A DNA stretch of 39,521 nucleotides. It comes from Reclinomonas americana ATCC 50394. Lineage: Eukaryota. Made by a program: the position numbers and the translations under genes. This document shows positions 23,798 to 35,251 of this stretch, one piece after another. The notes under the pieces were generated by a model. It saw nothing but the letters and a program-made list of their open reading frames with translations, did not search any database and had not been told where the DNA came from. The first letter of the stretch is position 1; every line of letters starts with the position of its first letter. The stretch spans positions 487,727 to 527,247 of the forward strand of contig PS015054.1 in NCBI GenBank assembly GCA_048213135.1, read 5' to 3'.

Positions 23798-26700
23798 ATG
23801 GAGGAGTCGGAAGAGGCCGTGGCTGCGCGCACTCTTGTCGCCGAGTGCTGTCGCAAGTTCTACCGCGGCGAGGCCACACTCGTCTGCTTTGTTGTCGCCG
23901 TCACAGACGCTGGCATGGTCAGTCTTTCTCCCTCCCTCTCCCTTGCACTCACACTCTGTCTCTCACGCCTTCTCCGTGCCACAGCTGGGCATCCATGTGG
24001 CATACGCAGTGAGTAGTGACGATACACCATCGCCAGAGACCGTGGTTCGCGTGGCACAAGAGTGGCTGCATGCGACGTCTGGAGGAGAGGTTTTACACAA
24101 CGTGGTTGTCGAGTTGAGCATGGACTCTCCTCCCACTCACTTGGTCGCACTGATGCAGCATATCCGCTTCTTGCTGATGCGAGTCGGCCTCTCGCCACTG
24201 CTCGTTCAGTGCGATCAGACACCCGTCAGTGTCACTACCACGCCCTCGTTGGTTCTCGAACACGTCTGTCGCATGATTGGCTTTGCAGAGGTTCCCTTCT
24301 TGATGAAAACACACACGACCACTGTGCAGTGGAGTCTGTTTGCATCACTCACACACACTGTGGTGGAATCGCTCCCAGGCCATGCCTCCCGGAGAGTACG
24401 GTATCTTGTCGTCGGACGAGGAGGTGGCGCAGCAGCTGGAGCGAGTGGCGAATGAGTTGTTGCGGGTGTCGGCTGGCGAGGAGGCTGTGGTGTCACTGGT
24501 GACGCAGTTGTTGGAGAAGCGGGGAGCGCCTGTGTCGCGGTATCGTATCTTTCGGGCGCTGACCAAGCTGCGCTCGACGACGGGCAAGGTCGAGCCGACG
24601 GCACTGGCGGATGCGTATGATAGTTCGTCGCCGTCGCCCATGCCCGATGGAGCGCTGGGTCCCTCTCTCATGGCATCCATGGTGCCGGTGACTGCCTCTC
24701 CGCTGGGAGCCCCACAGTGCGGTGCTGTTGCCGGAGTCGCTGACATGACAGAGGTGGAGTAATCGAGGGAGGGAGGGAGGGTTAGATGGCAGCCGCTGCA
24801 GTTTGCTCACTGTCTCTGCTGGGCAGGTGGCGTTTCGTTACCTGGACAGCCAGCAACTGGTGGTGCCGTCGTCGCTGGTCGAGGTGGCCATCGACATGGT
24901 GCAATCGGTTGCGAGTGAGTCGTATACCACCGAGACGTTTGGGCCCGCCGTGCAGGCATGCATTGCCTCGCTTCCGTACTCAGAGCAGCTTCAAGTTGCG
25001 CATCCCACAAGCACTTATCACACTATGAGTGGGTGCCTGACTCGCGATTGTGTGAGGCAGACGCTGCATTCGATGTTTGGTGATGTGCTGCCGCACGGGG
25101 ACATTAGCGACTTGGTGGCTGCCACCGACGGCGACTTGGTCATGTCGGTGAGAATGTGCACGCATAAGCTGCGCTCGCTCGACCAGGAGGAGTTCCAGTC
25201 ACAGCTGCAGGGAGCGGAAGCAATGGGGTGAGTGCGATTTCCCCCTCATCGTCGTGATGAATGGTTTCCAACAATGGTGCACAGGAGGAGCTTGTCGGCC
25301 AGCAACGAAGCACTTGGCCTGTGCGTGCATCTCCTCTTGCTTTGCACATGTCGCCGTGGCTCATTCGCTCTCCTCGGTACAGACAATTAAAACAGCTGAC
25401 CACGGAGCTCGAGACGGCGCGGGTGTACACGTGCGTATGGACGTGGAGTTATGTGCCTGGATGAGTGCCGTCGCTCAGACACACGCATCGCAGTGCCCGT
25501 CTCGAACAGGATATGGCAATGATGCAGGCGCGACTCGTACAGGCATTATCGACAGCAGCGGCAGCAGCGACCGCCGCAGCGCCACCACCATCAAAGTTGC
25601 TTGTCACTGCGGTGATTCTGCATAATTCTGCCACCACTCACCGCGTGTCGCAGAAGCGGCTCTCCGTCGACGGCACGGACAGACGCATCGCGATCTCCAC
25701 GATCATCTGCGGCACCGCCGGCCTCGGCTTCCGTCACCGAATCCATGCACGCACTCCTGTCTCGCCTGATGTCGGCCATCAAGGGATCGGCCGATGAGTC
25801 GGCTCTCCAGCGTCGCTTGTTCGTATGCCCCTGCAGTCTAGTGGATGTCGATCATCGTGTCGCTCACTCGACACACAGGGAAGAAGAAATCCAGCGATAC
25901 TGCGTGCTGTTGGAGTGGCCGGCGGAATGGTGCGTCACTTCTGCCTCCTGTCTACCATCGATCTCTGTTTTTCACTTCACACACAAACAACAGGGAGCGC
26001 GATCCCGATCCGCATCGGCTGATTCCCATGGGTGAGTCGCTCACTTTGATTGCTGCACTCGCGCTGCACCTCCCTCATCGTCTCTCTGTGCAGATGCATC
26101 CATGGGCTGCCAGTTGGTGGAGCTCGCCACCAACGGCGCCGAGTATACGCAGGTGGCAGAGCACTTTGTCAAGTCGCAAGGACCGCGGCAGGAGTTGTAC
26201 ATTCGGCGCATGTACCGCATCCAGAACCACGATGTGTATCGTCGGTTCGCCGTGCGAGCTCGTTGCGTCTGATCCATCTCTCCAAGGTCCCTTGGTGGTG
26301 GCGCCACTGACCGCGTTTCGTCCATGTTGCAGAGGAGGTGGCAAGAGATGTCGGCAGCAAGACGATTTGGGAGCCTGGTGTGTTGCAAACGCTCTTCCAC
26401 TGCTCACGAGAACCAGAATCGCTGCTGCGCAACGGCTTCGACGTGCGGTACGGCCGAGGTGGTCGGTTCGGGGCCGGTGTGTATTTTGCGCTGAATCCAC
26501 TACTGAGCAACAAGTACGTGCCGGCGTGCACGGCACACGGGTTTGTGTCGTCTGAGAGCACGCACCCACTACTGCGCCTGCCAGTCTGCTGATCATGATT
26601 CGCGCGTGCAGAGCCCGAGATTGCCACCAGTGCGACAGCATCATGTTCACGGCGGTGGTCGCGTTTGGCAAGTACCACCACATCAGCAGCTTGACATGTG

Positions 26701-26938
26701 CGTCCCCCTATACCCTGCTGTTCACTCGAGATGGCGCAACTGACACTCCCCGCAACACAAACACGCAGCCTCACACGAACACCGCAACATGACGCACCCA
26801 CCACCAGGCAAGCACTCGGTGCTTTACGACAGCGAAGCCGAGGAGCAGGGTCGACAGTTGATTGTGTATGACGGAAACCAAGCGTACCCGACATACTGGA
26901 TCGTGTACACTCGAACGCCACCGACGGCTGCGACGTGA
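23798..26938 (+). CDS. PARP-family ADP-ribosyltransferase with a C-terminal catalytic domain and an uncharacterised N-terminus including a coiled coil
   Basis: Spliced EYTQVAEHF...IRRMYRIQNHDVYRRF...LFHCS...NGFDVRY...GRFGAGVYFALNPLLSNKY...VAFGK...PPPGKHSV...QLIVYDGNQAYPTYWIVY; stop TGA at 26936-26938. N-terminal exon structure is less certain. Confidence 0.88.
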
Positions 26939-27160
26939 AGAACGCGCGTGCTGTGTTATGACCGATGTATGGAATGTATAAGTTTGCGATAACAAGCCGT
27001 TGGACCCCGCAAGATAACTTGCACGCTTGTAGGTGCCTTCCATGTCAGAGGAGGATCGAGTAAACACCTCTCGAGACAGCTGCATGTTCTGCAATGCAGT
27101 TACCTCTAAAGTAAAGACGTCGACACTTCGCAGGACTCTGCGCACTCGCAATGAGGTGAC

Positions 27161-30100
27161 ATGCGACTCAACGCACTCACCGTCACCGTTCTCACGCTGA
27201 GCGGTCTCCTCCTTCTCCTCTTTCTCCTCACGCGATCGCCCTCCAATGATCGCGACCCTCAACCGATCACAGTCACTGTGCCAGCAGCTCCACCACCACA
27301 ACAACTTCAACAAGCACACAGTCGCCAGTGGACACACATGAGCAAGCTGCTTGCGCAAGTGCGCCAAGTGCGGGAAGAGGCGCGCGAGCTGATGCAGCGA
27401 GCGCACGTGTTGCAGCATGTGGGAAAGGGACTGCAGACGAGTGTTGACAAGGGTATGTGTCCCAATCACTCTCTCTCTCTCGCCCTCCTGACTCTCTCAC
27501 TCATTCGCTGATGGCCGCAGTCGCCACTGCGGCAGTGACGGTGGCAGAGTCGCCTCCTGTGGTGGACACGCGTAGCAGTGAGCCTGAGGCGACTGAGGAC
27601 GCACCTGCAGAAAGGGAAGAGCAGAAACCACCAACAACAGCAGCAGAGGAGGAGCAGCAGCAACAGACTGCGATGGAAGCAGTGGAGGAGACGAGTGGCA
27701 GCAGCACTGAGTCGCCACCTGCAAGCGATCCCACGCCACCTGCAGCGAAGAAACAAGGTCGATTGCAAATCGCGCATATAAGGACACGTGGAGGATGTCT
27801 GTTGCTGACTTTTACTCCACAGACGACACTGCACTGGAGTTTGCACGACTGTTTCCCGATCTTGGCGACGAGTACTTGTTCACGCGGTACACGCCCGACT
27901 CGTTTCCGATTGCGCTGGTGGCCTACAATCGACCGGATTACCTGCAGCGCACGTTGCAGTCGTTGGCGGAGGTGGACGGGGTCGATCTGAAGCGAGTGAC
28001 GGTGTATCAGGATGGAACCGACACGACCGTGGCGGCGGTGGCGCGCATGTGGTCGCAGCGTGGAGTGCAGCTGGTGCAGCGTGATCGGCTGGAGTCGTTC
28101 AGCGAGGGCGCGCAGCACATTGCCACGATGTACAAGTATGTGCTGACGCATATATTTTACAATAATCCCACGGATGAGGTGCGTGGAGGGGGAAGGGGTG
28201 GAAGGGTAAGGGAAGGAGGGAGGGGGAAGGGGACAGAGAGAGGGAGTGGGTAAGTGGCACAGTCACGCGAAGAGTAGCAGCTTCACAGGGAAGGGTAGAT
28301 GAACAAGAAGAGTGGCACAGCCACGCGAAGAGCAGCAGCATCCGTACGTGCGACGCCATGACAAGGAGAGAGACTTAGGTTCACAAGGGAGGGCAGATCA
28401 ACAAGAAGAGTAGCAACCATACGTGCGACGCCATGCCAAGGAGAGAGATATAGCTTCACAATGGAGGGCAGATCAACAAGAAGAGTGGCACGGTCGCGAC
28501 AATAGCAGCAACCGTACGAGCGACACCGTTACACGGATGATGGCACGGTGAGAAAGGGACACACAACTACACGGCGATAGGGAGAGGGACGAGGATGAAT
28601 GAGCACAGCAACACTTGATGGGGCGCGGCGACTGGGGAGGGAGAGAGGAGCAGGAAAGCGACATAAGAATGCACTGCAACCGTTCGCGTGATGCAAGGAA
28701 CACGGAGAGAGACAGCGATATGGGGAGGGATGCAGCAGCATGCCCTGACGTGGACAGCAGTTAGCGGCAGAAGACTGTGCACCTACCCTTTTCCTTCATC
28801 TCACTCACCTCCCCCTTCCCCTAACGCAGTACGCTGTCATCATCGAGGACGACATGCTGTTTACACGCGACTTCCTGCAATACTTTGCACAAATGGCGCC
28901 CATCATGGACCTGCCACCGAATGCCATGCAACACGTTGCCACGGAGCCGGGCGGGCGGCGTCGTGGCTCGGGAGAGCGGTGGGACCGATTGCGCGGAGAG
29001 GAACCAGAGTATTCCAGCAAGACGCCCAGTGCGCCCGAGGCGACGAAACCCGGCGAGCGGCCACGACCACCGCCGATTCCGCCATCGGATCTCGAGTTGC
29101 GTGTGCGCACACACACCAATCCATGCCCATCTCAACTGCGTTTTCCCTCACGTGTCCGCTGGCAGACGCACCTTTCCACGCAACGGCGATCCCACCGTGC
29201 TGGCCATCTCGGCATACAATGACAATGGCTTCACCGACACGGTGCGGTACGTGGACAATGTGCACCGCACCTCGTTCTTTGTCGGTCTCGGCTGGCTGGC
29301 GTCGCGGCGTATCTTTGGCACGGAGCTGCTGCAAAGATGGCCCCGCAATCACTGGGACCATTGGGTGCGCGAACCCGGTCAGCGGCAGGTGTGTGTGTGT
29401 GTGTGTGGTCGCTGGAAGACTTTGCGAGCCGCTGTCTTGCTGACGTTCCTTCCAGGGCCGTGTGACGCTGTTTCCCGAAGTGTCACGCGTGTATCACATT
29501 GGCGAGCGCGGAACGCACTCGGGCGGTGTCGACTATCAGCAATTCTTCGGCAACATCAAGTACGAGCAGACGCTGGAGTCGCCGTTCCGCTGGCAGCTGT
29601 TCCGCGAGCACGACTACGATGAGCGCCTCGTGGCCTCCATCAAATCGGCGGAGAGCGTGATCAGCGTGGAGCAAGTGCTGCCTCTGCCGCGACTCTCCAC
29701 CGTTGTGTTGTGGTACGAGTCGCACAATGAGAATGTTGCGTTGCTAAGGCTGCGACTCCATTGTTAGTCGTTGTTCATTTCTCCTTGTGTTGACACAGGA
29801 TTCAATCTGGCGCTTCATCGGCAAATACTTTGGCTTGTGGCCGTCGACGCCGGTGCGTGGCGAGTACAAGGGCGTGATGGAGTTCTGGTGGGCGGCGCGC
29901 CACATCTACTTGATCGGCTCGTACAGCGTCTTTGTGCAAGCCAAACCCGACAGTGTCAACTTTATCACCTCGTCGGAGTGGTACAAGGTGCGCTGCGTGT
30001 CAACGACGAGTGTCTTTACGAAGTCGTGGATCTGACCGCCTCTCGGGACCAGCTGAATGCGCCGCTGTGGTTCCCAGGCATGCCGACCGCGTCGGCCACA

Positions 30101-30600
30101 CAAATCATTGCCTCGGAGATTGGCGAGAGCTGCGACCAGGCGTGCGAGCGCGACAATATGCTCTGTGTGGTACGTGGAGGAGAAGGAGGAGGGTGGGGGT
30201 GACGTAACGAAGGGGAGAGCAACCTGTGTTGCATCGTCGATTGGTCTCGCATTACCTGCGATAGATGTCGCTTTGTTTGTGGTGTGCGGTGTGACTTACC
30301 GAGTGCGCGCAGGGTCCCATGCTGACGCGGATCAACACGTGCAACGACTTGCGGGAGCACTTTGACTGCTCTTCCTGCGTGCAGAGCTTCGGCAATGACC
30401 AGCCTGCCATGGAGGCCGCGGTGAGTGTTTGCGGGAAGAGAGAGAGGCAAGGAGATTCGTTCTCATACAAACACGCATGCGCGCAGACAAAACGCTGCCT
30501 GGTCAATGAGCGCATCGACCACTACCCACCACGCTGCAATGCCTCTCACCGGTCCACCGCTCGCCTCTGTTCCTGCGCGCAGAAACCCATGCGTTCGTGA
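27161..30600 (+). CDS. Type II membrane GT13-family (GnT-I/POMGnT1-like) N-acetylglucosaminyltransferase with a C-terminal Cys-rich domain
   Basis: N-terminal signal anchor and stem; catalytic motifs AYNRPDYLQRTLQSL, VYQDG, IATMYKYVL, VIIEDDM..DFLQYF, ISAYNDNG, RTSFFVGLGW, WPRNHWDHWVR, PEVSRVYHIGERG. Confidence 0.92.
28254..28530. repeat. Diverged minisatellite in the long GT13 intron (28179-28829)
   Basis: ttcaca..ggagggcagatcaacaagaagag-like units at about 28282, 28380 and 28455; gtggcac.g.cacgcga units at 28254, 28312 and 28485; cgtgcgacgccatg twice. Confidence 0.85.
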
Positions 30601-31458
30601 GAATTAATTGTACTGGATATGGAAAAGGTGATGAGTACTCGACGAAAGCGGGTATGTGGGAGAAGGGTGTGAGTGGGAAAGGCGGGAGGGAGAGAGGGAG
30701 GGGAGACAGCACAACAGGATTTGTAGCGAGCCACGCAAGGTGATACAGATATATATCGATATCGTGATGACCATTTTGGTGGGGATTCAGAAGAGAGAGC
30801 CGCAATGCACGTAAGTGGTGTTAGAGAAGAGCGAGATGGGAAAGAACAGCATAGCCAGCAAGCCAAGGTGGAGTGCAGTTCACGCAGGTGCTCGGGGCAA
30901 TCGCAAGAAAGGAACTGGGGATTGTCGTCCAGCTACAGTGCGTAACTCACAGTGAGACTGATAGCCTCTTGTAGCAGCACGACGGGCTGTACATGCCGCT
31001 TGAAGGCGAATGCAGCTGCATGCAGCCTTGCAAACACGACTGCACCGAACGAATGGCGATTGTAAGAGCTCGAGGAACCGCGAGGTGAGAACAACAACAA
31101 CAACAGGAAACATCTCGTGACTCGCGAGGGCCCCACATAGGCACACCCACCTGCAGTCAGCGCGCGGGCCCGCAACTGCAGTCACCACGTGCACTTGCAA
31201 GTCAAATTGCACCCAAATTCTCCGGTCACGAAGCTCAAGTCGCCCTCAAGCGCACCTCAATTCCATCAGCACGCGAGCTCGCCCACCTCTGTGCGCAACC
31301 ACTACAAACCGGAATATGAGAGGGCGGAGAGAGAGAGAGAGAGAGAGAGCGGAAGCAGTTGCTTGACAACGAATTGCTTGATATACAACAACGGAGAAGA
31401 CTCGCGCGCGCGTTTTGTGCCACTCACACAGAAGTTGTTCTTCTCGCACAAATAAACA

Positions 31459-34400
31459 ATGTCGATGCGACGCACACTAGTCGCACCAACCACTGAGCGC
31501 GGTAAGTCGCACACACACGCACGCACACAACACACAACGCGCACAGTAAAAAAGCTTGAATTTGAACTCACACAAGTATGTATTTCCCCGCGCCCTCTCT
31601 CATGCACTCTCCATCTCTCACACTACTCTCTTATGCTCACTCGTACACGCACACACACCACTCTCATTCTCTTGCTCTCACATGCACTCATCTCTGCATC
31701 ACATGCAGCGGAGCTCTCACTCTTTGCACACTCTCTTTGTACGCAAGCTCTTTGCACACACACACACACACACGCATTGCACACTCAATGCCGGGCTCTT
31801 GCATTCTCAATTCCTTACTCACGTCTCTCTCACTCTCTCTTCCCTCTCTTCTCTCTGTTACAGGCCGCTCGCGCACTCCATCACCCAACCGCAGTCGCAG
31901 CAACTCTCTTGCCTCACCCGAGACACTCCCACTGGGAGGCGCTCTGCGCTCTTCTGCTGCAGCACCCTCAGCCGCCGGTGCTGCCGCCGCTGCTGGCTCC
32001 CCGGCCGGCTCAAGTGGCAGTGCAACACTGAAGCAGTCGAGTCCAGTGGGCGCTGTGCTGGCCTCCTCGCAGCATGTGCGACGTGGCTCGGCGCCTACGA
32101 CGATTGGGTCGCCGTCGTCGCCTGTGGTGAGTGCCATTGCTCTGCTTGTGCTGCTTGGAACTTGCGCTCGTCTTGCTGTCAGGCGCGCGCTCCTCCCTTT
32201 ACTCATACGCGTGCTGGGTTCATCTTTCAATCTTGTCTGTACATTTCGCGGAACATGTTCTTCTTGCTTGTCTGGCGCGCTTTCCGCTCTCTCACACTTC
32301 CTGCGCCACCCCTCCTTCTCATCCTCCTGCTCTTGCGCGCTCATACGCGTGTGTGCCTTGCTTCCAATCTTGTTTGTGCATTTCGCGGAACACGTACAAC
32401 TTGCTTGTCTGTCGCTCTTCCTCTCTTCTCTTCCTCCGCGCGCCTCCTCTCCATGCGTATCCACATGCTCGTTGTTCAAGTCGTGCTCTCAATACCGTTT
32501 GTGCATTTCGCGGAACATTCTTGAGTGGCACCTCATTCACTCATTTTGTCGTCATTTGTTTGAGCACTCCCCACCACACACACCCTCCTCTCTCTCTCTC
32601 CCCACTCGCTTTCATCTTCCGATGCTCGCTTGCTCGCTGGGGCGCCTCTCGCTTTCTCGGGATTCGATAAACATACTTGTGCGTGGTTTCGGGGATTCTT
32701 TGATTCTCGCTCCGTCTCACTTTCTTCCGCTCGCTTTCATTGCTCACCGCCTCCTCTCCCACACACAGTCCGCCGGCGGCAGCAGCAGCTCGTTTGCCGG
32801 TCCGCGTGACGAAAAGGACTTGGTGTTCCCCGAAACACCCATGTCGACGGCAATGGAGATTCTCGGCGATCGGCAGCAATGGGCGGTGGCCGACACGCAA
32901 GCCATGGTCCAGGTGCTGACCGAGGCCGAAATTCGCACAGTGGCCGACTTGAAGAAGGCCAAGCCCATGCTGGGCATCTTTGGGTTGCAAAAGCCGGTGG
33001 TCGACGCCATTGGAGAGTACTTGGACACGTGCATGCGTGGTTTGTTTTGTTCTTTCACACACACACACACACAAAGTGGAGAGCGTCCTCATTTCTTCTT
33101 CTTGTTGTTCTTGGTCCAGATGCCCCGCCAATGAGTGCGGCGGAGGTCATTGCGCAAGTGCTGGAGCGTGGCTACGGCACGCAGTCGGAGGCGGGCGGTT
33201 TTGTGGAGCTGGATCCGGCACACATTGTGAAGAAGCGGCCAGTGGGCTCGGGCACATTTGGTGATGTGTACGAGGGTCGAATCGGTGAGATTCCGGCGCG
33301 AGTGGCCGTGAAGGAGATCAAGCAGGTCGGCACCGATCACACAGTGTTGCTGCGGGAATTGCGAGCCATGTCAAAAGGTGAGCGTAGACGGGAAGGGAGG
33401 AGGGGCACTGAGATGGAGGGTGCGCTCACGCCTCTGGTCAGTGTGTTCTCAAGAAAGAGACGCTTGTGTGGTGCGGGCTCTCTTTCTTATATGTCGCGTC
33501 TTGAATCTCGTGCGTGCCCTCTTTCTTGTGCGACACGTGCGGAGCGCGTCGTGTCTTGTGAGCGCTCGACTCCTCTCTTTCTTTCTTGTGTGAATGGTGT
33601 GTCTTTGAGTCTCGTGTATGCGCTCATCGCTGCCATGCCCTCTTTATTGTGACCGAAAGTCTTGTGCCTCGTGCGTGCTCTCGTCGCTGTTCTTCCCTCT
33701 TCCTTGTGCGACCTGCAAGGAGTGCGTCGTGTGTTGTGTCTCGTGTGTGCACTCGTGCCCTGTTCGTGTGGCCTGCGTTGAGTTCTCAAGTCTTGCGTCT
33801 CGTGTGTTCACTCTATTCCTTTTTCTTGCGTGACATGTGTCGTGTCTTGCACCTTGTGTGTGCGCTCACTCCTCTTCTGTCTTTTTTGTGCCACCTCACG
33901 TGTGTTAATTCATTCTCTAATCTGCCTTTATCGTGGTATCCTGTCAACATCTGGGTGTGTTTGCAGCTGACATTGTTATTACCCTCTCCCTCCTTTCCCG
34001 CAGTGCCCATCGAGGGAGTCGTGGGCCTAATTGGCGCATGTACGAACACGGGCGGCGATGCCACCAGCCCCTACTACATTATTACTGAATTCATGGAGTT
34101 GCGTTTCGACGACAAAAGTCCACCGCAACCTTTCCCCACTCCCGCATCTCACCCTTTTTTTGTCCCCCCTCCCTCTCCTCCTTCCGCTTACAGTGGCGGA
34201 TCACTGGGCGACTGGGTACACAAGGGCAAGGGCTTGCAAGCGTCGCCCTTTCAAAAACTCGTCATTTGCTGCTCGATTGCCCACAATATGGGCGATTTGC
34301 ACGCGAATGGCATCTGCCACCGAGACTTGAAGACGGAGAACATTTTGATGGACGCCTCGTATGCTCACCCGAAGGTGGCCGATTTTGGCATCTCGCGCGT

Positions 34401-34935
34401 GAATCGTGACTCGGACCGCGTGGAGACCATGCACACCACCACCGGCACCCTCGCCTACATGGCTCCCGAGGTGAGCTCCATGCGCGTTGTCTGTTTCAGT
34501 GCGTGTATGTGCTAACACACGTGTGCGCGCGACAGGTGTTGAAGGGCGAACCATATGACGAAAAATGCGACTGCTACTCGTTTGGCGTGATGATGAACGA
34601 GGTGCGTGACATGAGGTCGACGGTCTGCTTGTGCTTTTGTTTCTCACTCGTCGTGCCTGCAGATCATGTCGAATCAAGTGCCATTCTCAGACGTGAAGAA
34701 CCAGTACGCAATCATGCATCGTGTGGCCGGCCTCAATCAGCGACCAGTGCTGTGCACGCCCGACAAGTGCCCACCGCCAGTACTGGAGCTGATTCAGCGC
34801 TGCTGGGACGGCAACTCGCGCAAGAACAAGCGACCATCGTTTGCGCAAATTGCGGCTGCGCTTGACGAGTTGGTCGGCCTCGGCGAGGCCACTATCAATG
34901 GCGCCTGTGCCGGACGAGGTTCATCCTCCCGCTAG
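31459..34935 (+). CDS. Tyrosine-kinase-like (TKL) Ser/Thr protein kinase with a low-complexity N-terminus and a possible SAM-like domain
   Basis: Motifs VGSGTFGDVYEG, VAVKEI, RELRAM, YIITEFMDGGSL, CHRDLKTENIL, KVADFGISR, TGTLAYMAPE, EKCDCYSFGV, LIQRCWD...RPSF; 8 exons. Confidence 0.93.
32200..32520. repeat. Diverged minisatellite (period about 125-137 nt) in kinase intron 2
   Basis: catttcgcggaaca at 32242, 32379 and 32504; ctcatacgcgtg twice. Confidence 0.85.
33470..33880. repeat. Diverged minisatellite in kinase intron 4
   Basis: Recurrent gtcttg...ctcgtg(c/t)gtgc.ctc and cttgtgcgac units at irregular spacing of roughly 50-110 nt. Confidence 0.75.
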
Positions 34936-35251
34936 ACCTGGAAGCTACTGTGTGTGCGAATATGTATGTGTGTGTGTGTGTGCGTGCTGTTTGATGAGTA
35001 GTCTTGTGTGCTTGCCCGTCTTCGTTGTTGTCTCCTCGTGACTCGGTTGTATGAGAGCCCGAGCGAGATGCAATGGGTGGCACGACCACAGGCTGAGTGT
35101 GCGTAGTCTGGTCGTCTGACAGCTAGGAAGAGAGGGAAAGGCAAAAAGAAAAGAGAGCAGAGAATATGTGTGTGTGTGTGAGTGAGAGAGAAAAAGAAAA
35201 GTGTATTTTGTGACGCGGCATTGGCATTTTTCATTCCATTTCTTTGTTTTA

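Noticed and set aside
30924-30984. Weak hairpin (gtcgt..gctaca ... tgtagc..acgac) in the GT13-kinase spacer
   Set aside because: Short interrupted stems are expected by chance, and there is no recognisable ncRNA motif.
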